From: Promethearchaeota archaeon
GTDB lineage: Archaea > Asgardarchaeota > Lokiarchaeia > Sigyniarchaeales > SOKP01
DNA length: 35,982 nt
Assembly (NCBI GenBank): GCA_048938855.1
Contig: JBHLLT010000007.1
Location: forward strand, 98,163-134,144
Direction: 5' to 3'
The position numbers were made by a program, and so were the translations under genes. The notes below the pieces were generated by a model. It saw only the letters and a program-made list of their open reading frames with translations, was not told the origin of the DNA and made no database searches. Numbering within the stretch: the stretch's first letter is position 1; every line of letters begins with the position of its first letter. Positions 1-8,036 of the stretch are shown piece after piece.

Positions 1-922
1 AAGTTAAACCTGAATTATCTGAAGCATTAACAATGAGTTGTCCAGGATCCCCATCAGTGTAATTGCCTGTATATGTGTATGAGATTTCCGGAGTGAATAC
101 ATCATCATCAGCCAGATTAAAAGATTCTAATTTTTCAACATAATCATCCCATAGAAAATTAAGAAAATATTCTACACTAGCTATTAAAGATATATTTTCT
201 TCAATAGTATTAGTATTAAGTATTATAGGACCGAGGATATGATTTTCAGATTTCCCATCTGTATGGATTAAATCAGAGAATTCTAAATTAGAAATATCAT
301 ATACCTTGACATAATGATCACCTGATGCATTGTACCATTTTCCATTTGAATTATTAGACTTTAGATAGATCTTTAAATGATCAGCTACATACCACATAGA
401 GGGGGATGATTCTACCTCAATATTGATGTATAACTTTAGTTGATCATCATCATTTTTCAAATATAGGATATCTCCAATATGAACCGTATTATGAATTATT
501 TGACTTTTTAAGTTCGTAATCTCTTCGTCAGTTAAAGAATTATTATACTTTCCCATAACATAAATAGTGAAGATATCAATATTATTTTCAAAAAGAGGAT
601 CATTAGTAATTGTATTATTTAAATTATTCTCAGAATCACCATATATCTGTAATATTATATAATTCCGCCAATCTAAATAACTCCAATTAACTGCATCTTG
701 GGCATAAACGTCTGTCCAAAAATCTTGGAATTTTTGGCAAACCGAAAGATTTTCAGATTCTTGAAGCCCATCATTTAAATCAAGATTTAATAAATTATTG
801 GCGGGGTCTTTATTGATTCTAGAATTAGAGCAATTTTCTTGAATTGTGAATACTGCTGTAAAAATAATGAAAAGAGATACAGCGGTTAACGATATTATTA
901 TTTTGGTATTAAGTTTATTCAT
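1..922 (-). CDS. Secreted or membrane-anchored surface protein, 3' end runs off the window (missing from ORF track)
   Basis: ATG at 922 and frame open to position 1. N-terminus MNKLNTKIIISLTAVSLFIIFTAVFTIQ is signal/anchor-like. Body is N/D/S/T-rich with NxS/T sequons, and the visible part ends in an Ig-like segment (DDDVFTPEISYTY...IVNASDNSGL). Confidence 0.8.
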   Translation of the reverse strand, partial: MNKLNTKIIISLTAVSLFIIFTAVFTIQENCSNSRINKDPANNLLNLDLNDGLQESENLSVCQKFQDFWTDVYAQDAVNWSYLDWRNYIILQIYGDSENNLNNTITNDPLFENNIDIFTIYVMGKYNNSLTDEEITNLKSQIIHNTVHIGDILYLKNDDDQLKLYINIEVESSPSMWYVADHLKIYLKSNNSNGKWYNASGDHYVKVYDISNLEFSDLIHTDGKSENHILGPIILNTNTIEENISLIASVEYFLNFLWDDYVEKLESFNLADDDVFTPEISYTYTGNYTDGDPGQLIVNASDNSGLT

Positions 923-1262
923 AGAATATATGTATACCCTAATTTTGATATTCTTGTCACTTACTATTTTGCAAATAAAAAAAATAATTATTACATATTT
1001 AAATATTAAGTAAATTGTCCAATTTCCAGTTTTTCACATGATAGAAAAGAAAATTGAAAACTTTGGAATAATCTTTGAAATTTTTTAAAATATGGGAGAT
1101 TTTTTAGTTAAATGTTAACCAGTTAATATTTTTTCTAATATTTCGCTATAGTAATTATACTTTTTTGTCGGTTGAGTATAGAGAAAAATTCAATTTATTC
1201 ACTTGAAAAAAAAGAAAATATCTTTTTGTACAATTATTCCATTATAGGTAGATCAAAAAGAT

Positions 1263-1922
1263 TTAAATTTGACTAAATTTACTGTAATTTTCATTATTTA
1301 GAAAATATAAAGTCTTATTTGCAAGAGGCTTTTTAGATAGGATCCCATTTTCATGAAGTTTGTCAGTATATTTAGTCACTGTAGTGGAATGCATATTTAA
1401 TTGCTCTGAAATTTGAGTTTTTGTTATACCTTCCTGATGTTCTTTTAGTAAGTTTATTATTTCTTTACACTTATCTCTTGATATTAAATAAATTATTATT
1501 CTGTCCTCCACCTTTACATTAATATCAAAATATGTTTCTTTATTCTCAATTTTTTCTTTGCAAATATACATAAACTTGATTAAAATATTCAGATGCCACT
1601 CTACTACGGGAATATTGAGATCTAAATTAGAAACAATATTATAAAAATAAACTCCAGGATTTTTCTGAATATATTTGTATATTCTTTTTCTATTATAATT
1701 TAATAAAATTTCATCTTTTGTGAGTTTGGACCCCTCTACTACAAAATTTTTTTCTATAAGAGATTTTAAAATAGTCTTAATTCCATTTATATTAATATTT
1801 ACGCCAGATTTCGCAAATCTAGAACTTATAAAAGGGATAATATCGTTTACACAGAAGAATCTATTCTTATCTAAATATTCATTAATTACTTCTAAGACAC
1901 TTTGTTCATAGGTAGTAATTAT
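1263..1922 (-). CDS. Multi-winged-helix DNA-binding protein (~219 aa), longer than the 102-aa ORF-track call, probable ATA/ATT start
   Basis: Frame is open upstream of ATG 1571 through IITTYEQSVLEVINEYLDKN...NRKRIYKYIQKNPGVYFYNIVSNLDLNIPVVEWHLNILIKF (wHTH-like). C-terminal wHTH GITKTQISEQLNMHSTTVTKYTDKLHENGIL. GGGGAG lies just upstream of ATA 1922 / ATT 1919. Confidence 0.75.
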   Translation of the reverse strand: MITTYEQSVLEVINEYLDKNRFFCVNDIIPFISSRFAKSGVNININGIKTILKSLIEKNFVVEGSKLTKDEILLNYNRKRIYKYIQKNPGVYFYNIVSNLDLNIPVVEWHLNILIKFMYICKEKIENKETYFDINVKVEDRIIIYLISRDKCKEIINLLKEHQEGITKTQISEQLNMHSTTVTKYTDKLHENGILSKKPLANKTLYFLNNENYSKFSQI

Positions 1923-1965
1923 TTCTCCCCTTTTATAATAACTTTCTTATTTTGCTTTATTAATT

Positions 1966-4845
1966 TTAGATTTCGGTTTTATCTAGTTTATCCAAGATAT
2001 TGTTTATAATTTCATTCCTTTCTTTTGGAGTTAATGCTAGCATTTCTTTTATAAACATAATTTTCGTATTTCCCTTCAAACCTATTGCATCAACCTTATT
2101 TAAAAATTTTTCTGAAACAATTGTTAATTCTATATTTTCTAAGTGAGTTCTCTTCTTTATGGTTATATTCTCATCAAAAATCTGTAGTAAAAAATCCCTA
2201 TTAGTTAAATTACTTACAATTTCTTTTGAAAATGGTTCTGAGCCTATAAATCGTCTTGACATAATATTTTTAAGTATTTCGTCTCTTTCTTTTGGACTCA
2301 AAGCAAGCATTTCCTTTACGAATTCTTGTTTCTCATTTTCATCAAATCCCAATTCATCAATTGTTTTCAGAAATTCATTATTTATTGTTGTGAGTAATAT
2401 TCTTTCTTCCTTGGATGTATCATCAACAAGAATATCTTTGTCAAGAATATTAAATAATGATTTCTTGTTAGAAACAGTATTCAAAATTTCTTTTGCAGAA
2501 GGACCAAGCCAGGATTGATAAATTTTATCTTCTGTTTCAATAATGGGCGGAATTTCTCTAGTTTTAGTTTTATATATTTTCTGATAATAATAATATGAAG
2601 TTCCTGATACAGCAACCACGGATGCAAATGATAAAATGAAGATAAAAAATATTATAATACCATTATCAGGTTCATATTTTTTATTTATCATAACATCTTT
2701 ATAACTGAGATATCCCGTAGTGTCATTCGCATAGAATCTAATAGTTAGATGACCTGGATGCAAAGTATTCCATAATATTTGATTAATTTTTCCACTCATA
2801 TTTGTTATTGTTACATTATTCAAACCACCATCTAGAGTATACCATATTTTGTCTAAATTAGGTTCAATAATAGAAATATTATAGAAAGGAGCAATTCTTC
2901 CAAAAATCTGATTATCTTGAGGAGATAGAATATTGATAATTGGATCAGAATCATCAATTTGATAAGTAAAGTCATTGAATCTTACTGTAAAATATTCTTT
3001 TCCATTATAATATTCTGAATAAGTATCTAATAAACCAATTGACGTATATTCATACTCGAATTCGAGGATATCGTCGAATAGAATTAAACTCATGATAAAA
3101 CCATTTGAAGTGGAAACGATATCTGAGCGAATAAAATCAAGGAGTGACCAATTAACATCCATTGGTAATATAATCCTATTTAAATGAGTAAATCTAGTTA
3201 AATTTTGAGGTAAATAGTATATTTCAGGGTGATTTTCTGCAGTAAATGGATTTATTGCCGATACAGCCTGAGAATTATTAATAATAATTAATGAACGATT
3301 TATATATGTATCAAAACCACCAATAAAATCAATTTTTATATTAAAGATGTTGGGCATTTTTGTATAGTTTCTTAAGGGTATTTGAGGTGCATTTCTTTCA
3401 CTATAGAAAACCCCATAACTATAAATATCTGATTCATTAACACCTATAAATGATGGTTTAGATGCATCATAAAAATTATAAATTGTGAAAACTGATTTTT
3501 CTTCAGCACTTTCCCATGATTGATTTAAATAGTAAAAATCCATCCAATCTAATATACCATATTTATTGTAATGAGCTTTTCTACCAAATTCTATATTGTG
3601 TCCATTTATTATAGTCGAAGACATAATACTGTCTCCCAATTCTACATAAGCTCCATCACTTCCATAACTAATTATGCTTGAAAAAGATTCTTGTAAATTT
3701 GATTTATTTAAATAATGAAAAATAGGAGTCGGTATAAAAAATGGAAAAATGTGTGTTAAATTGTGAGGAAATGTATAATTTAATGGCTCCTTTCGAAATG
3801 ACAATAGATCAATTCCATCTGGTGTAGGATTAAAATCGTTTTCTTTATTAGTCCAATTCCAAATAGAATAAGTTATATCCCAATGAGTTGAATTCTCTAC
3901 AATTCCTGTTATGTTCAATTTAAATTTAGAAAGTTTCGTAGGGTCAGAAAAAATTCCATAAATACTTTCCCAATTTGATCCAAAAATCTTATCCATAAGA
4001 GAATTATCTATTTCTGTTACAATCCAAGTATATTCATCGTCAATTGCAACATCAAGTTGATAGGTAATCTCAGAAATATCATTAAATGTGAATTCTATTG
4101 CTTTATTTATGTATGGTAAATTATTTTTATTAATGCCGGAAAAAGAATTGTAATTTATTAGATCTCCATGATCCAATCCTACAATCGCATCATATTGACT
4201 TAAATAGTTAATATTTTGATATTGGAATTTAATCATTCCAGATTGATTAAAAATAACTTCAAAACTTCCTATATAATTATTATCATCACTATATATATTG
4301 TGATATTCTATTACTAGATAATTGAAAGGTGATACTCCTCGAAATTCATAATATATTTCTCCTCCGTTAAAAGGATTTAAATCGCTACAAAGTAAAGCAA
4401 CACAGTCTATATTCTTATTATTTAAATCTGGTATTGGTGCACAAGTAGAATGGGTGTCTCCTAAATTAGTAAAACTCATCCAGCCATTTGTGCTAACAAA
4501 AATGATGTTATTTTGTTTTCCATAATAAGTGAAATTCCAACCCTCACTAATAAAAGAAATTGCTTCATAGCTATCATCTTCATTTGAAATATTCATAAGT
4601 GTACCAGATGATGAGATTTCTATCCATGAATAAGCTGCGCTATAATTCATGATATATCCTCCACCATTAGAAGATGCTGTCCTTAAACCACGATTTTCTC
4701 TATTTATATTATATTCTTGAGACGAATTCAAAATAGTTGAATAAAATGGAGTAAAGGAGGCCATTAATATCAATATAACTAATAAAAGTCTCAAAAACCA
4801 ATCAATTCTTATGGAATTACATAACTTATGATTCCTTCTGCTCAA
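1966..4845 (-). CDS. Large receptor-like surface glycoprotein: signal anchor, nidogen(NIDO)-like domain, Ig-like domain, TM helix, duplicated cytoplasmic domain
   Basis: N-terminal hydrophobic stretch. NIDO-like pattern DDSYEAISF..WNFTYYG..IFVSTNGWMSF. Ig-like DDSDPIINILSP..IWYTLDG..IRFYANDT. TM GIIIFFIFILSFASVVAVSG. Two copies of a KEMLAL(S/T)PKER domain. TTG start preceded by AAGGAG. Confidence 0.8.
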   Translation of the reverse strand: MSRRNHKLCNSIRIDWFLRLLLVILILMASFTPFYSTILNSSQEYNINRENRGLRTASSNGGGYIMNYSAAYSWIEISSSGTLMNISNEDDSYEAISFISEGWNFTYYGKQNNIIFVSTNGWMSFTNLGDTHSTCAPIPDLNNKNIDCVALLCSDLNPFNGGEIYYEFRGVSPFNYLVIEYHNIYSDDNNYIGSFEVIFNQSGMIKFQYQNINYLSQYDAIVGLDHGDLINYNSFSGINKNNLPYINKAIEFTFNDISEITYQLDVAIDDEYTWIVTEIDNSLMDKIFGSNWESIYGIFSDPTKLSKFKLNITGIVENSTHWDITYSIWNWTNKENDFNPTPDGIDLLSFRKEPLNYTFPHNLTHIFPFFIPTPIFHYLNKSNLQESFSSIISYGSDGAYVELGDSIMSSTIINGHNIEFGRKAHYNKYGILDWMDFYYLNQSWESAEEKSVFTIYNFYDASKPSFIGVNESDIYSYGVFYSERNAPQIPLRNYTKMPNIFNIKIDFIGGFDTYINRSLIIINNSQAVSAINPFTAENHPEIYYLPQNLTRFTHLNRIILPMDVNWSLLDFIRSDIVSTSNGFIMSLILFDDILEFEYEYTSIGLLDTYSEYYNGKEYFTVRFNDFTYQIDDSDPIINILSPQDNQIFGRIAPFYNISIIEPNLDKIWYTLDGGLNNVTITNMSGKINQILWNTLHPGHLTIRFYANDTTGYLSYKDVMINKKYEPDNGIIIFFIFILSFASVVAVSGTSYYYYQKIYKTKTREIPPIIETEDKIYQSWLGPSAKEILNTVSNKKSLFNILDKDILVDDTSKEERILLTTINNEFLKTIDELGFDENEKQEFVKEMLALSPKERDEILKNIMSRRFIGSEPFSKEIVSNLTNRDFLLQIFDENITIKKRTHLENIELTIVSEKFLNKVDAIGLKGNTKIMFIKEMLALTPKERNEIINNILDKLDKTEI

Positions 4846-4876
4846 AACCCCTTACTCCTTTAATATATAAAATATC

Positions 4877-5035
4877 TTATACTTCTATTTTGGAAGGTTC
4901 TTCTATGATCGTTGTACTTTTGATATTTTTTTCATTTTCTCTAAAAAATTTTTCGAAAGGAATAATTACTTTTTTTAATTGCATTTTAAATTCATGAAGC
5001 TCCCTACAATCTGACATATTTTCCATACAAATCAT
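4877..5035 (-). CDS. Small hypothetical protein (52 aa), below ORF-track cutoff
   Basis: MICMENMSDCRELHEFKMQLKKVIIPFEKFFRENEKNIKSTTIIEEPSKIEV*. Co-oriented between the GTPase-like gene and the surface-protein gene, ending ~30 nt before the latter. Confidence 0.45.
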   Translation of the reverse strand: MICMENMSDCRELHEFKMQLKKVIIPFEKFFRENEKNIKSTTIIEEPSKIEV

Positions 5036-5156
5036 TCTCTCTAATTTTTATTTATATCTTCAAATTTCACCAAAATTTTTGACGATTAATATTGTTCATA
5101 GAACTTTATTACTACCTTACGTATGATAAAAAAATTGTTAATAGACTATTATATAA

Positions 5157-5720
5157 TTATACCTGTGCTCTAGAACTCAAGATTCTTTTTGCTAACTGAT
5201 TAAACATTCTATCAATATCAGAATCAATTTCAGCGGAGACCTCTAGATAAATACAACCTTTATTTTCCGCAAACCGTTTAGCCTCATTCGAATATATAAA
5301 AATACCATCTCTCTTCAGAAAACAAGGTTTATTTCCTATTAATATAAATGGATATTTTTCCAAGTTGAATTCTTGTAACATCGAAAGATATTTGTTCATT
5401 TGATCATAGGTTATTAACTTTGTTAGATCAAAAACAATTAATGTCATATCCTCCTCTTTTAGGTATAAATCTTTAACTATTTCGATTATATTCTCTCCAC
5501 TTATATTCCATATTGACAAATTTCCACTCAAATCGGGTTCAAACATTATATCTTTTGTCAAAATGTCAATACCGACCGATAATTTATAATTATTGCCAAA
5601 TTTACTTTTGATATGTTTTTGAAGGGTCTCATTTTTCCCTAAATCTGCCAGAATAATTTTAATGTTAATATCGTGTAATTGTTCTGTAAACCCTATGCTA
5701 TTTAGATTAAATACTGAAAT
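5157..5720 (-). CDS. Degenerate Rab/Ras-like small GTPase (pseudo-GTPase); N-terminus extends beyond the ORF-track start
   Basis: Upstream frame reads INIKIILADLGKNETLQKHIKSKFGNNYKLSVGIDILTKDI (beta1, degenerate P-loop, switch I). G3 is WNISGE, then VFDLT, G4 ILIGNKP and G5 YLEVSAE. No ATG/GTG/TTG upstream of 5561; candidate starts are ATT 5720 (after AGGTG) or ATA 5696. Confidence 0.7.
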   Translation of the reverse strand: MSVFNLNSIGFTEQLHDINIKIILADLGKNETLQKHIKSKFGNNYKLSVGIDILTKDIMFEPDLSGNLSIWNISGENIIEIVKDLYLKEEDMTLIVFDLTKLITYDQMNKYLSMLQEFNLEKYPFILIGNKPCFLKRDGIFIYSNEAKRFAENKGCIYLEVSAEIDSDIDRMFNQLAKRILSSRAQV

Positions 5721-6084
5721 AAATGTACACCTTATTTATGTTATTGAAAATAAAACTTTTTGCAGCTTATTTAAAACCATCTATAAAAAATTTGATATAA
5801 TAATTCTAAAAAATTAATTTCTCGTTGAAATTTATAATGCTAACAATGAATACTTGAATAATTCTTAAACCTTTTTATTAATAGTTAAATATTTTTTATG
5901 AAAACTATTTCTATTCAAAATTTTTTGAATTATATAGGAAATTTGTGAATAATTTTAAAAGATCTAACCTATTAGGATGCTATAAATACAGATGTCTTGA
6001 TTTCACCCAAATTTATCTCATCTCTATTAATTTTGATTTTTTATTAACTAAATCAATTAGTTGTAATCTAATACTTTATAATTC

Positions 6085-6156
6085 GGGGTTGTAGATCAGT
6101 AGAAGATTGCTCGCTTGTTATGTGAAAGGTCACGAATTCAAATACAATTGGCTCCA
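6085..6156 (+). pseudogene. Degenerate tRNA-like sequence (tRNA-Ala-derived relic, anticodon now GUU)
   Basis: 72 nt with canonical cloverleaf spacing: GGGGTTG-TA-GATC-AGTAGAA-GATT-G-CTCGC-TTGTTAT-GTGAA-AGGTC-ACGAA-TTCAAAT-ACAAT-TGGCTCC-A. G3:U70 and A73 are present and the T-loop TTCAAAT is intact, but the T-stem is mostly unpaired. Confidence 0.75.
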
Positions 6157-6199
6157 TACATAATGAATACAGCTCTTTTTTTAGGATTAGTAATTTACA

Positions 6200-6937
6200 C
6201 TATTGAATTATTGCTTTTATCTTCGCAATATATGTCCCTAATTTCCTACCATCTGATTCAGGAACTGCAATAGCTAAAACCCTGTTTTCATCTAGATCGT
6301 GCAATATTACTGAACCATTTTCGCCCCCTATAATTGAGTATTCCATGTGGCTTTCTAACAGCACACCAGATAAATTATATAATGCGGCGACCATTGCAGA
6401 TAAAATTGGTTCAGGCATAGTGGATTGGACTTTAATTGGTAAACCATCTTTGGTGATAATTGCCAAAACCAAAGTATTTGGTATGGATCTTTTAAGACCT
6501 TTAAATATTTCTTCCTTCAGGATATCCGATGTTTCGATAATAGCAGATATTTGTAAATTTAATTTCTGTAGTCTTTCTATATATGAATCTAAGCCCTCAA
6601 GCTCAGCTATCTCTCTATTTAGATATATGATCATAGTTATATTTTCTGCCAGGATCGAAAGAACAATCTTTTCTTTTCCAAAGATAAGATTGTAACTAAC
6701 TTCCTGATTTAAAGAATCCTTTAACATTTTGGATGAAAGAAAGACTAAACTACTATTTGCTGCCGTTACTTCCCCAATGGTCATTTTAATCTCTTTTTTA
6801 AAACGACTAGCAATTTTAGTACCCTCTGGAGTACCTACATTAATGCCTAATATCGCGGAAGATGCCTCAAGCTCTTTTTCAATTCTTTCAGACACATCTG
6901 CCTTTAGTTCATCTAAAATTTTATCTTGTTCATCCAT
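6200..6937 (-). CDS. Tandem roadblock/LC7 (MglB/LAMTOR-like) domain protein
   Basis: Two ~120-aa alpha/beta modules with roadblock patterns: ILGINVGTPEGTKIAS..VTAANSSLVFLSSKM and VLAIITKDGLPIKVQ..LSAMVAALYNLS..SIIGGENGSVIL. Confidence 0.8.
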   Translation of the reverse strand: MDEQDKILDELKADVSERIEKELEASSAILGINVGTPEGTKIASRFKKEIKMTIGEVTAANSSLVFLSSKMLKDSLNQEVSYNLIFGKEKIVLSILAENITMIIYLNREIAELEGLDSYIERLQKLNLQISAIIETSDILKEEIFKGLKRSIPNTLVLAIITKDGLPIKVQSTMPEPILSAMVAALYNLSGVLLESHMEYSIIGGENGSVILHDLDENRVLAIAVPESDGRKLGTYIAKIKAIIQ

Positions 6938-7203
6938 AGTGAATATTGTATATTTGAAAATAAAAAGATATTCTAATAAGTTAATAATAATTTTAAGATT
7001 ATCGGTAAAATTATTATTTAAGCTTGTTAATTAATAGACAGATTTAGTAATAAAAAAGGGAAAAAAAAGCAGATATATTAAACTTATAAATTTTAATCAT
7101 TATATTAAAAATGATAAATAAAAAACATTGTGATCTTCTTAAAAGGTTACATTTAAACTTAAATTATCAATCCAATCTTAAGTAAAATACAAAGTGATCT
7201 TTA

Positions 7204-7237
7204 ATGAATGAAATAAATTTCATGAATGAAATAAATT
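7204..7237 (+). repeat. Tandem direct repeat at the start codon (ATGAATGAAATAAATT x2, 18-nt period)
   Basis: atgaatgaaataaatt-tc-atgaatgaaataaatt encodes MNEINF MNEINS. Confidence 0.85.
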
Positions 7238-8028
7238 CCTTAAAAAAACAATTAGAAGCTAAGGATAACCTCATCAAATTAAAAGATGACATGTGTAAGT
7301 CTCTTGAAAACGCTCTGTCATTAAAAGACTCCACTATTGAAACTCTCGAAAAAACATTATTAACAAAGGACGAGGGAACTAAAACATTAGAAAAAAGCCT
7401 TGCTTTGAAAGATGAACAAATCAAGAAATTAACTTCAACTGCAGTTGATAAGACTACATTAAATGAGAAACAGGAGGAAATTGATCAACTTCGCAAGGAG
7501 ATCGATATATTAAATGAAGAATTATCTAAAGCTGATGAGGATTTAGAAAGCCTAGAGTTAGAAAATGAGAAACTTATAGAAGCACAAAGGAGTTTTTCTG
7601 ATGTTAAAATCATTGATTATACAAACGTTCAAATCCCAAAATCAGTTATCCTTGAAAAGATGAGAGAAATTCTCGAAAATGCTATAGCAAATATTACAAT
7701 TGTAGTTCCATCTATTGAAGATTTACAAGAACTTTATCTATATGAACTTAGATCATCTGTCACCATGAAAATTGCTTGTACAATCAATTCTGAAATTCAA
7801 GAGCATAGAGAACTTCTTGAGGAATTTGAAAGCCTTGAAAATATTGCTCTAAGAAATTATGCACGTAAAGATAGATATGTGTTGACTAGAGATGGAGAAG
7901 AACTATTTTTAGCTATAATTGGGAGTTCTAATGATAATAACTTAGTAATTCATACAAAAGATCCGAAACATATTAAATTACTTAGTTCTATTTCTACAGA
8001 AGGGTGGATCCAAAGCAGGAAAATATAA
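7204..8028 (+). CDS. Coiled-coil protein with C-terminal TrmB-effector/PLD-like alpha/beta domain
   Basis: N-terminal ~130 aa of heptads with a 14-residue repeat (SLENALSLKDSTIE/TLEKTLLTKDEGTK/TLEKSLALKDEQIK). C-terminal ILEKMREILENAIANITIVVP..VLTRDGEELFLAI pattern. Confidence 0.6.
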   Translation: MNEINFMNEINSLKKQLEAKDNLIKLKDDMCKSLENALSLKDSTIETLEKTLLTKDEGTKTLEKSLALKDEQIKKLTSTAVDKTTLNEKQEEIDQLRKEIDILNEELSKADEDLESLELENEKLIEAQRSFSDVKIIDYTNVQIPKSVILEKMREILENAIANITIVVPSIEDLQELYLYELRSSVTMKIACTINSEIQEHRELLEEFESLENIALRNYARKDRYVLTRDGEELFLAIIGSSNDNNLVIHTKDPKHIKLLSSISTEGWIQSRKI

Positions 8029-8036
8029 GGTCTATA

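Noticed and set aside
1720-2518. Plus-strand ORFs 1720-1911 and 2159-2518
   Set aside because: Antisense shadows of the extended wHTH gene and the surface-protein gene.
6345-7424. ORFs 6345-6695, 6729-7034 and 7167-7424
   Set aside because: Antisense to the better-supported roadblock and coiled-coil genes; Ser/Phe-rich shadow composition with no motifs.
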